A stretch of 64,000 nt of DNA from Octopus vulgaris (taxonomy: Eukaryota). Positions within the stretch are counted from its first letter, which is position 1. Every line of letters begins with the position of its first letter. Positions 26,540 to 38,152 of this stretch are shown piece by piece. The stretch lies in the NCBI GenBank assembly GCA_951406725.2, contig OX597823.1:68262001-68326000 (forward strand), read 5' to 3'. Under the pieces are notes generated by a model. It was given only the letters and a program-made list of their open reading frames with translations, searched no databases and was not told where the DNA came from. Position numbers and translations under genes: made by a program.

Positions 26540-27190
26540 TTAATGGTTGTCATGCTTGCCTTATTCCTTTCCAGCCTTCATAGATCTGCCAATGTATCAT
26601 TTTAATGCAGCATTGTACCTTGTATGCAAAAATTGTATAATCTATCCTACTAACTGAGAGACAAAAACCTTTGATGCCAACAGATGTAATAGCTCCTGGA
26701 ACTTCTTACACAGGCAACTATGCTTTCAGAATACCTACTTCATGTGCTAATTAAATTACCCATATAAAAAATGAAACAACTATCAGCTTCTTCTAGGGAG
26801 CTTCCAGAATTTACACATGCAGCTTTGTTGTAAACAAGTCTTGTGTATCTGCCTCATATGAGGTCTAATTTCCCTGTTTGCCAGTGATTCCACTAGTGCA
26901 TCCATAGTTTACAGTAGGGACACCAAATGGAAGTCTTGCCTAACCTTTGTCTACATTCAAATCATGGTCACTTTACAATGTCAGTAGATTCAAGTTCCTT
27001 TTAATGCTAACTATAACTTCTTAACTTCTGCTTTTGTTAAGCTTACTTTCAGACCTCTCAATTCTAAGTTTTGTTTCCAAATTTTGAATCACTTCTCTTA
27101 AACTCTGATTCAGTAAAGAGAACAAGGTCATTGTTATACAGACGTTCCCACAGTGAGCCAGTCTTAAACTCTGCTGTATGACTTGGAGGA
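26540..27190 (-). mobile_element. Decayed RTE LINE RT fragment
   Basis: The minus strand gives AEFKTGSLWERLYNNDLVLFTES (YADD-motif region), homologous to the plus-strand copy at 28280-28370. Confidence 0.7.
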
Positions 27191-27771
27191 TTGTATAAAA
27201 GAAGTAATCATCATAAGACTTATAATATTTTTTTCAATTATTTTTCTTTAAACCAGCACCCAAATGACACTTATTTTATGCACTCCAGAATGATGTATGT
27301 CAAAATGGACACTAACAAGATGTTTACAACACTCTTAAGATTATTACTAATTTCTAAAATTAACACATTTTGGAGTGGTGCTTACTTTATCATACCAGAA
27401 ATGAGTGAAGTCAATACCAAAGGGAACTCAACTCAGAATGGTAACATGGTAACAAAATTTTTGAGTGTCTTGTCAAGTAGTTTGTCAATTCTGTTATCAA
27501 TTATCAGTTGATAATTTTATTACATTTGATTTATGTGTGTATATATAGTATAAGGAACAGTATACATGTGTGCATATACAGATAGACAGATATATACTTA
27601 TATACTGTAGAGTTTTCCATTAGAAATAATTTCAGGAAAAAAAAAACAATACCATATCATGAAGCTGAAACCTGAGATAGAACCAGAGACTGTCAAATGT
27701 TCAGTCTAATTCTCTCTTAACTGAATTTATTCAGCTACCCTCAAACGGATGCATTCTGACACTTACAACTT

Positions 27772-27802
<31 letters not shown>

Positions 27803-27824
27803 CATACACACACACACACCTGCA

Positions 27825-28800
27825 AAGAAAGAGGCTTGGAAATGCCATTATGAAGACTGCTGAACGTGGAAAATGAATGGAAGAAGGAGAGTCTGCCAGC
27901 TACCCAAATTGACAGGATTCTGATAGATAAAGCAATTAAGGATATGAAAACAAGGAAAGACCCTGGCCCATCAGGAATCACTGTTGAGATGCTCAAAATA
28001 TCTGGTGGTGTGGGTTATGGTCTAGTCACCCATATTGTAAATCAAGTGGTTCACGAAGGAGTCATACCCAATGACTGGTGTAGCAGCACCAGTCCCCCAA
28101 TCCCTTATCTGGTGACCAAAATGGAAACTGGGGATAGACGAGTGGTTGGTGAGAGTCATTCAAGCCTTGTATAGGAATGCTACCAGTAAGGTGAGAGTGG
28201 GCAATGAGCACAGTGAAGAATTCAGGGTACAAGTCAGGTTCACCAAGGATCGGTACTCAGCCCCCTCTTGTTTATCATAGTCCTCCAGGCAATAAGAGAG
28301 GAATTCAAGACAGGCTTTCCTTGGGATTTCCTCTATGCTGATAACCTTGCTCTTATAGCTGAATCACTATCTAGCAACACCTAAGTCATAGTAAGTAGGA
28401 AGGCAGACAATCACAGATCCCTGTAGAAAAGATATAGGTAGAAACTCCATTAAGATGCACCCAATGTAAGCTTTGGACACATGAAGGGTGCAGCAACATC
28501 AGAGGAAGATCAACAGGGAAACTAACTTTTACATGTAGAAGATGCATAGGTACAATAAACACTGAAAATGTGCAGAAAATAGACTCCATCAACTGCCAGG
28601 AGGGCAAGCTAGAGGTAGTAGATAGCTTTCGTTATCTAGGTAACCGAGTTACCAAGTTAGTAGTGGGGGCTCCAAGAGTGTAGCTGTGAAAATGAGATTA
28701 GGCTGGGTAAAGTTCAGAGAACTCCTACCCCTGCTGGCAACAAAGGCCTCTCTTCCAGAGTGAAAGGCAGATTGTTTGATACCTGTGTGTGAACAGCTAT
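27825..28800 (+). mobile_element. RTE LINE fragment with internal deletions (RT pseudogene)
   Basis: ORF 27866-28174 KAIKDMKTRKDPGPSGITVEMLK..IPNDW. Downstream HQGSVLSPLLFIIVLQAI.EEFKTG.PW..LYADNLALIAES, and later SFRYLG. Confidence 0.9.
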
Positions 28801-28811
28801 ATTCATACTAT

Positions 28812-28952
28812 TTTATGGTTGGATTACTTCAGGGTTCAAAAATAGCTAACTCCAATTAGGCAATCATTCTATCTTTTCATTATATACAGACATAATGATC
28901 ACCTAAGTGGAGTTAGCTCTTTTTGAACCCTGAAGAAATTCAATACCATGAA
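28812..28952. repeat. Fold-back hairpin of about 140 bp (MITE-like)
   Basis: CTTCAGGGTTCAAAAATAGCTAACTCCAATTAGGCAATCATT pairs with AATGATCACCTAAGTGGAGTTAGCTCTTTTTGAACCCTGAAG. Confidence 0.9.
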
Positions 28953-29433
28953 TGTGGCAATTTTATTGACATTAAACAACATGCTTTGGAAATTCCTAAC
29001 TACTTATTGGTTTGGCAAATATATATATGTAGGTTCTTCTTACATTTTTTTCTTAACTTTTTTGAGCTTTCAATTTCCAATTTATTTGTAATGTTTTAAA
29101 AAAAACCCACCTTTCTACAACATGCAAATAAATTAGTAATTACATTCACTTATTCTCCATTTTCTTTTTGCTTTTCGCTCTCTCTCTGTGTATATATGTA
29201 AGTGGTAAGTGTCAGCTTTACAGACTACAGAGTGTGTCTGTGGAAGAGGTTGAAGAACAACATCTGAAATTATGGTGTAATCCAATCCTCAATCTAGTTG
29301 GTGCTGGGGAGAGAGAAGGAGAGAGAGAAACAGAAAGAGAGAGAGAGCCGTATATCCTTGCTATTACTAGTAGAAAACTATTGGAAGAGTAATGTTTCTA
29401 ATAATGATAATGATAATAATAACAATAATAACA

Positions 29434-30867
29434 GAGTTCAGATTGAGAAAGTGTGGTGTATTAGTCTTGAAGAGAGTCAAAATCAAATGTATGGACAGGC
29501 TAACGATAATGTCGGGGGAGGTTATGAAACAGATAGAAGAGACAGGCTATAAGTACTTAAGGATTTTGGAAATGGATAAATTGATGGAGAAAGAAATGAT
29601 AGAAAAATTTAAGGTGGAGTACTTGTGCAAACTGAGGCTGATCCTTAAGTTGAAATTAAACAGATAGAATAAGATTGAAGCTATCAACACCTGGGTGGTT
29701 TCACTCCTTAGATATGGAGCAGGGGTAATCGCATAGACAGTAGACGAACTAAACAGCTTAGACAGAAAGACAAGGAAGTTGCTAACTAGATATGGGACAC
29801 TCCACCCAAAAGTGACACAGACAGACTGTATGTACAAAAAAAAAATGGAGGGAGGACGATTTATTGGATGCAAACACAGTATTAGAGCAGAAGAAAACAA
29901 CATAACATGATACGTAAAAAATTTCACTGAACCACAATTATTAGAAGTAAGAAGGTCAGGCTTGTGTAGGATGAAAGATTGCAAAGATAAGTACTGTACA
30001 AGCAACTGAAAATGAATGAAACTGAAAATAGGTGGGTAAGGAAAAGAATGCATGGACAATTTCATAGAGATGTTGATGATAAGACAGACAGAGAAAAAAG
30101 ATGGCTGTGGATGACTAAAAGTGATTTAAAACCAGAAACAGAGGCTCTAAATTGTGCTGCCCAAGAGCAAGCACTATGAAAAATTACATAAAATACAGAA
30201 TAGACAACACATCAGAAAGTGATAAATGCAGAATTTGAGGACAAAATGGCGAAACCGTTTGGCATATTACCAGTCAATGTATGCTACTAGCCCAGAAGGA
30301 ATATAAGAGATGCCATGACAATATAGCAAGGCTTGTCCATTGGACACGTTACAACAAGTATGGACTTGACGGAGCAAAAAATTGGTACAACCATAAACCT
30401 GAAGGCATCATCGGAAACGATAATGCAAAGATCCTGTGGGATTTTATGCGACCATGAGATAGAGAATAGGAAGCAAGACAGTCTTAATCGAGAAAGAAAG
30501 CAAACTATGCTGGATCATAGATACAACATGCCCAGCTGACAACAAGGTATGCAATAAGGAAGAAAGCAAAGTTGATAGATATGACAGGTTAGATTGGGAT
30601 GTTAAGCAGTTGTGGTCGATGAAAAAGGTGGTAGTAGTACCAATAATTGTTGGAGCCATGGGAACATTGAGTAAAAATCTTGAGAAGTACATGGAAGAAA
30701 TAGGGGCTGCAATAAAGGTGGAGCACTTGCAGAAAACAGCACTGCTTGGAACCACTTGAATACTCCAGAAGGTGCTCAAAACATAAGGGGTGTCACCTTA
30801 GTTCACTGGTACTGAACAGCTGACACCATAGTACATCTCCAGCGTTAGAAGCTATGCAAAGGCAATG

Positions 30868-30908
<41 letters not shown>
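29434..30908 (+). mobile_element. 5'-truncated R4/Dong-clade non-LTR retrotransposon (end of RT, CCHC knuckle, restriction-like endonuclease) with (TAA)n tail
   Basis: EFRLRKC..GYKYL, NKIEAINTW, KCRI*GQNGETVWHITSQC..LAQKEY.R.HDNIA, KILWDF and VVVPIIVGAMGTLSKNLEKY. Several stops and frameshifts. (TAA)n at 30870-30908. Confidence 0.9.
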
Positions 30909-31172
30909 TACATGGTCAATTCCACTGTTAAACTAACAACTTAAAAGACCAGGAAGCATCATGGATGTGGCTCAGCAAGGGTGACTTAAAAAAGAATACT
31001 GAAAGACTAATCATCATGTCGTGCACATATGGTTATGAGGCATGTGCCTGGTGTACCCTTATCAGACTGGTAGTCATGATGGGTATACTGGGTTTTGTAT
31101 ATTTTACCCCAGTGTCACTTTGATGGCATGCACTGCTCTCTCACTCAATAATAATAATAATAATAATAATAA
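30909..31172 (+). mobile_element. Second short R4/Dong-related fragment with a distinct 3' tail and (TAA)n
   Basis: HGQFH..DQEASWMWLSKGDLKKNTERLI is homologous to about 30050-30150. It is followed by an unrelated tail ending CTCTCACTCAATAATAAT. Confidence 0.7.
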
Positions 31173-32224
31173 TTACAGTTATGATGATATATTTTGTGTC
31201 ATTAATTCCTTATTTTGAAGATAGGTCTGGTGCTAGAAGATTAAGTAAAATAATTTTCATGATCATATATATTAGTCACTGGATAAATCAGCTTCATCTA
31301 ATAAAAATGAGTGAAATTTCTTTTTCTGGTCATTGGGTGAGTTTAACTCTAAACTGAAACCTATGAAACACTCATCATTTATAGAATGCTGCTGTGTGGC
31401 ATAGTATATAATTCCATTTTTGTAGATCCCACTTACAGGTAGCTATACTGAGCCATTGGCATTTAAGTGAATTTGCCTTGGACACAGCACAATGCTAATG
31501 ACAATATAAATCATGAACCATTTGACTAGTTGTTCGATACCTTATCAATTTAGGCATCTGTGATTCTTACTTGAATAACACTTGATTAATATCATTTTAG
31601 ATATTGATGACAAAGAGAATTATGAAAACTTGTTAATATAAGTAGACACTGAATTCGCTGAATGCACATAACAACATACAAGCGTTTCTATTTTTCATCT
31701 TCGAATATTTGTCAGTTAATTTGTCACTTTCTCTCCCATAAATCTTCATCTCTCTCAGACATTTTCTGCATCATTGTGCAATAATCTGGATGCAAATTAA
31801 AGCCAAGTTCTTAAAATATATAGTAACATTTTGAAAGCAATATAATCTTCTGTGATTTAATATGAATACATGATAGCAAAGTTGTCATGGTGCTGAACAC
31901 TTGATTCAAAATTTTGATCAGTAGAAAACTGAAAATAAAGACTTCAATTTATTTCATTGGAAATGAGATGCTATTTTCATTCTTCATTCTTGGGTTAAAG
32001 TGGTGGATGCTCAGAAAGCTAGTCAACAATCAAACACACAATCCACAGACATTCATTCTTATTTTTATTTAACTTCATTTTCAAATACATTTGTGACTGA
32101 GATAGATTTGACTGACCATGTTTACAAGGAAGCAGAATTATTAAATGAAGCAGAGACTTTGCTGATTTAAGGCTATAACTTTTGGTATATTATATTAAAT
32201 TGGGTTGTCACTGCCACTGCTACC

Positions 32225-32450
32225 ATTGCTGTCATCATCATCGTCATCACCATCATCATTGTCACTATTAAACATCCCCTCTCAATGATAACATAGGTTA
32301 GACGGTTTGATAGAATACAACAAGCTGCATCATGCTCCACTCTCTATTACTGCATGGTTTCTACAGCTGGGTACTCTTCCTAAAGGCAACCGTTTTACAT
32401 GGTATACGAGGTACTTTTCGTGGACCAGCACTTGTGAGGTTGCCTTGCAA
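32225..32450 (-). mobile_element. SINE family C 3' part, decayed
   Basis: (CAT)n plus GCATGGTTTCTACAGCTGGGTACTCTTCCTAA. Confidence 0.7.
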
Positions 32451-32532
32451 GGCTAAAGGGCTGAAGGGGCTTCCATAGCTGAAGAAAAGTGAGAGACAGA
32501 CAGACAGATAGATAGATGAATAAATAAAAGCT

Positions 32533-33018
32533 CAAAGAAGAACAAAGAGCAGTGATCCGATTTCTCTGGTCAGAAGGTGTGTCAGGTGCTGAAATTCATT
32601 GGAGGCTTTTAGCACAATAGAAGGACAGTGCACTACTGCATAGAAGTGTGTATGAGTGGATCAATAAGTTTAAAAATGGCTGGACAAGCATAACACATGA
32701 AGAGGGAGCAGGATGCTCATCAACTTTCACCACTGACGAGAAGATTCAGCAAGCTTGATAGATGGTAATAGTGAACTGGTTTACCCTTACCATCTCTCAG
32801 ATCACTGCTCTTTGTTCTTCTTTGGTGCACATTACTAGTGGAGTGGCCATGCTTACACTGTAAAGTCAGAAAGAAAAATGGCATGATCAGGCTCAAACTT
32901 TGATCACATGACCACAATAGTACCAACTATAAGCACGCATGCGCAGAAGGCACTGTGGAAATAATAAAGATTTTGTTATAGTGAAAGTGTGGATAATTTT
33001 TGACTTCCCCTAATCATA
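32533..33018. mobile_element. Rearranged mariner-family transposon remnant
   Basis: Plus strand KEEQRAVIRFLWSEGVSGAEIHWRLLAQ*..SVYEWINKFKNG..EEGAG is a mariner N-terminal HTH. The minus strand carries a TIR-like end GGGGAAGTCAAAAATTATCC near 33010 and an ATG at 32850 (MATPLVMCTKEEQRAVI). Confidence 0.8.
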
Positions 33019-33149
33019 TATACACGCTCCCACACAAGTATACATGCATTCATACACCAAACTACATTTCCATATGTATATATATGTGTGTGTGTGTGTG
33101 TTTGGGTGTGTGTATTTGAAAAATATATAATACTGCACCGAGAACTTTC

Positions 33150-33320
33150 TTTTTATTATTCTACTATATATATATATACACACACATTTGTTACTTGTTT
33201 CTGTCATTAGACTGTGGCCATTCTGGGACACCACCTTGAAGACTTTTTAATCAAATGGATCAACCCCCAGGACATATTTTATAAAACCTAGTACTTATTC
33301 TATCGATCTCTTTTGACACT
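33150..33320 (-). mobile_element. SINE family A tail
   Basis: TTACTTGTTTCTGTCATTAGACTGTGGCCAT..CCTAGTACTTATTCTATCG. Confidence 0.75.
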
Positions 33321-33491
33321 GAGCCTTACAAAGGAAATGACAAAGGACTGAGATATCTGACACCTTACTGTATTCAAGAAGACCCATTCACATCATAATT
33401 GATACTGGTGTGGCTCCTGGCCTTACCAGCCCTGGTCAAACTGTCCAACCCATGGAAAATTGATATTAAATAATAATGATGATGATGATGA

Positions 33492-33540
<49 letters not shown>

Positions 33541-33699
33541 TATATATATATATATATATGTACACACACACACACATATATATATATAGAGAGAGAGAGG
33601 GAGAGAGAGAAATGATAGAAAGACAGATAGGTAGATGGATAAATGAATAAATATATGTTCACACACATAAATATAAATACATTAACACATATTAAGATC

Positions 33700-34230
33700 C
33701 TTCATTTCAATACATATTTTTGTCACAAGTAGTTGGGTCTTCTGCAGCACTGAATATTACAAATCAATGTAGTTGTTTGTATTTTCTCTGAGATGAAACA
33801 TCATCAGGTTAGCCTTTACCACACATTATTCTGTCTTCCTCTTCCACAGGATCCACTAACTTGGAGTATATAGCATTTACTTATGCAGCACTCATTTTCC
33901 ATGCACATCATGTGCCCATATTGACACAGACTTCTCTCTTGCACACTACACCTGATTCCTCTTTACGCAGTATTTCCCTTGGCTCATTTGTATTCTGGAG
34001 TTCATGTTCACAGACATAATACATATATCATAGCTTGCTTCATTCTTTCTTGCCTATGCAAATCTTCTGCACTCAAAATCTATGTCTCACTACCATGCAG
34101 CATCACAGTTTGAACATCATACAATGTGCTCTTCATTCTGAGGGAGAAGGCCTTTGAGGCAGTAGAGGTAATAGCTCACTGGACTTTCCAGCCAGTTCTT
34201 ACCCTTGCTACTCTAGTTGCAGAACAGTTA
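33700..34230 (-). mobile_element. RTE LINE 3' fragment
   Basis: Minus strand GIRCSVQERSLCQYGHMMCMENECCISKC..VSGSCGRGRQ matches the RTE C-terminal RL.W.GHV.RM...G.RGR pattern. Confidence 0.7.
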
Positions 34231-34249
34231 ATTCTATCTCTCACATAAG

Positions 34250-34632
34250 GAGGTGAAGGTATAGCTGTAAAGTTAAGATGTGATTTTGGGATCAGTCCCA
34301 CAGTGCAATATTTTGGGAAGTACCTATTACTATGGCCCTGGGCCAAATGATGCCTTGTGAATGAAATTAATAAATGGAAACTATGGAAGCTGGTCATATA
34401 TAGATGAGTGTGTGTTGTGTGTATGTCTTTGATTTTGTCGCCTCCCTCTATCAATTGACGCCTAGTGTTGGTTGATTTATGTCCAATTAACATGGCAGTT
34501 TGGCAAAAAGAGATTGATAGAATAAGAATGACCAGTTTTTAAGTCATGGGGGGTCAATGTGCTTGAAAAAACCTTTCAAGGCATTACTTCAGTATGGTTG
34601 CAGTCCAATGACTGAAATGTGTAAAAGAATGT
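34250..34632 (+). mobile_element. SINE family A, full length, diverged
   Basis: CAGTCCCACAGTG..TTGGGAAGTACCTATTACTATGGCC and the tail CAGTCCAATGACTGAAATGTGTAAAAGAAT. Confidence 0.75.
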
Positions 34633-35954
34633 AAATGTGTAAAATAAATGTAAATTATGAAGCAAAATCTTGACATGAACTACAACACTTTTGACAAAAA
34701 ATATATATAGTGAAGAAAATAAGTAATGTATTGGTGTGACAACATAGTAAGGTGGGGGTAGATCCATTCCCAGACTGGCTTTTCATTCATTTTGTTTTAG
34801 GCTTTTCTTCTCATTAGCTCCAATGGGATAACTTTTGAGAAATTATATTTTAACATACTAAAGAAACAACAAAATTTTCAGTAATTTGCCTGTTCTACTT
34901 ACAACTCTCAAAACTTGAAATAAGATTGGTCTCTCTATTCTGAAGAAAACAGAATGAAACAAGAAAAATAACCAACCATTCTTTGTGGCAGAACCGAATG
35001 GTAAGGTTAAATTGGTTAAATGACTTTGTAGTCAGAAGTTCACTTTGTTAATCACATAGCCTTAGGAAAGGAAAAAAAATTCACTTTAATGAGAATTATA
35101 ATGGCCAAAAAATATTCTTAAGAAATAAAATCTTTTCTTTCACCAGATTATATAAATTAAAGATACATCACTCAATTGAACAAGCATTCAATCTAAGAAT
35201 CAAAACCAGGCTGCCGATTGTATCCACTAATAACTTATTGCTACTTCTTTAAACTGTTTCCCTTAAAATTAATATTGATATGTAAATGTGTCAAAGAAAG
35301 TGTTAGATGTAGTCTTAATGATTACTTTGAGGAATATCTCATTTTATTATGTACAAACAATTCTTCAATCATACAAACAATATTGATTTTTCCACAACTT
35401 GTAATGCAAGCTCTAAAAGCATTTGTCTTGTTCATTTTAATTTAAAGGAAATTCTAACTTAATGACTATTTGATTTCCTATAAGATAAACTTCCTACCAC
35501 ATTTTCAGGCACTTCATGAACTTATGCTTGGAGTAATAAAAAAAAATGTATTTTTATTTATTTATTTATTTATCTATCTATTTATTTAATTTCTGAATTT
35601 TAAGGATTTATTTCCATTTTATTTTTCTCCTAAATTTCTTATAGTTTTACTTCATTTTAAAAATAAATTATTTCATTTACTATAATGCTATCCGAATGTG
35701 CTGATCATATTGTTAAATTCTAGTAAACAACATACTTAATTCTAAATTAAACCAATTCATTCTTATTTGAATGGGTTGCATTAGTATAATTGTTCCATGT
35801 CAAGAGGTAGGATGGCTGCATGCACTTTGTATAATCTACCAGTTCAAAGCTTAATAGTTCAAACTCACTGCTGAGTTTCACTGAATCTCATTGACCTGGT
35901 CACTTTATTCCCTATACACACACTTGTCATTGTCATCAGCTCCAACAGCAATGG

Positions 35955-36380
35955 CATCATTTTAAGTCCACTTTCCATGCTGATTTGGGTGAGGATAAAC
36001 TGACTCATTACTTATTGAGAACTACTGCTCTCATTAACTAGTGTTTGTATGCTGGTTTGGCTTGGTCTATTCAGCTGCATGTCCTTCCTTATTGTCAGTC
36101 ACTTTACAAAGTGTATTGGATGTATATTTTCATAACACCAATACTAGAGAGACTGATAAGTCCTTGGTAAGACAAGATTAAAGGTACCTCAGAGCCCTTA
36201 GCTTTTCTGCTTGTTTGCCAACAACTGTAGAGTGTGTAGTGGTTTTATTTTTCATGGTTCCAGCACTAGGGTGGTTAAGTTCTCATTGAGACAGGATTAA
36301 GGGGCATCTCACCCATACTTTATCTTTGCTCACTCACCGACAAAGAAGGGGTTTTCTACTGTGGCACCAGCACAGGTGAT
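35955..36380 (-). mobile_element. SINE family C, decayed, with internal repeats
   Basis: TTAAGTCCACTTTCCATGCTG..CAGCTGCATGTCCTTCC and repeated CCAGCAC units. Confidence 0.55.
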
Positions 36381-37370
36381 GTTTTGTAGAGAGTACGCAG
36401 TAATCTAAGTCATGTACTTTTGCTCATGTAAAGTGACTGAGAAGAGGAACAGAGGAAGACTAGAATGGGTGAGTGAAAGAAAAGCATGATGCTAGAGAGA
36501 GAGGGGGAAGGGGGAAATGAAAGGAGAGATGGGGATGGAGGGAAGGAGTGAGAGAGAAAGAGTTATTGGGAAGTTGGGGATGGACATTAGCAAAGGAGGA
36601 AAAAGTAAAAGTGATCAGTGATATATAGAAGTGGTCCAGAGGAGAGAGAGTGATGAATGGCTGTACAGATAGGGTGAATTGGCCTGTATCAAACACATAT
36701 AGTCCAATGCAGTCTCTTACACATAAGCCTCATAAAGTGGTGGGAAGGTTTTAGGATAGCAGTGTAATGAGGATGGTAGTAAAATGGACCATTTGTTGCT
36801 TACAAACATCACATCAGTCCACCTAAATTTTGGGACTAGGAATAGGAATTTTATATTAAATGCACTAGAACAGACAGGGGGAACAATCTGAAAATACATT
36901 TGTCTCTGGTTTTACACTTGAGTAACAGAAATAGATATTGGTCTAATAGACTGGTGAGGTTTCATGAGTTCATTAACTATATTAAAAAAAAACTTGATAA
37001 CGTTTAGGTTTGTAAGTGATTAAAGAGATGATTATATGTATTTCAATACATGAATAAGATCTGCAACATACACGACATTTATAGAATACTATTTTCCTTT
37101 TTTCACTTAGAAATTTCCATTTGAATATGTGTGTGTGTGCATGCATACACACATGCGTATGTATATGAAACATATGAGCTAAATGATTTCAAAATATCAC
37201 TATTTCCACTTCATTACTACAACTAATATGACACAATACCAGTACAAACTAGCCATACACACACACATACATAAATGTGTATTATATTTTATATATATAT
37301 ATATATATACATACATGCACATACATATATAATAACATATATGCATAGTATACACATACATACATATATA

Positions 37371-38152
37371 CAGGGTGCGATGGGTGAATTCTTACTATTT
37401 TATGATTTTAATTTTGCATATGTGCATTGCTTGTTTTTGATTTTGTCAACTATATAGCTAAGTATTGTCAGTTGGGCATCATTTGTAAGAAAAACAGCAC
37501 CATGACACAATTCACTCTGCCAGAAATTTGGAAATGACATGCTGTACTGCTTGGCATTCATGCCGGAATCTCCAGTACAAATGTTTCAGAGTGTTTGAGT
37601 GTCAATTTGAGGATAGCGCAATCTGACATGCATCGAGAGTGATAAAAATTAAACATCCAGTCAGAATCATAGTGTTTAAAGTGATCACTAGTGATGGCGA
37701 CATTATGTTTCCATTCATCTTCCCACACGGCCTCAGACTCAACACGGAGGCTTACATCAAGTGCCTTAGTGTTGCCCAGGGTCAAGAGGCTCACTGCTGG
37801 AAGACCTTATGTCTGGCATCAAAACTCTGCACCAATTTGTCAGACAATTTGTGTGACCGCTTTACCCCTAACATCTGGCGACCTAACTACCCAGACTGCA
37901 ATCCCTTTGATTATTATGTGTGGGGCACAGTTGAGCGAGAGACCAACATAACCCCTGGTAACACCAAAGATGAACTGAAGGCAAGGATTATGGCAACATT
38001 CACCAACTTTAACAAGAAGACCATCTAGAAGAGCTGCTGGAGATTCCAAAGTCGTCTAGAGGCGATGGCTGAAGCCAATGGTGATTTTATTGAATAAATT
38101 TACTCTTTAGTTTTGCAAGATATGTTTATATAATTTTGGTAAATATATCTGT
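37371..38152 (+). mobile_element. Tc1/mariner superfamily DD37D (maT) element, internally deleted
   Basis: Left end TA|CAGGGTGCG. ORF 37639-38028 KHPVRIIVF.VITSDG..WRPNYPDCNPFDYYVW..KARI. Same family as 56608-57516. Confidence 0.85.
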
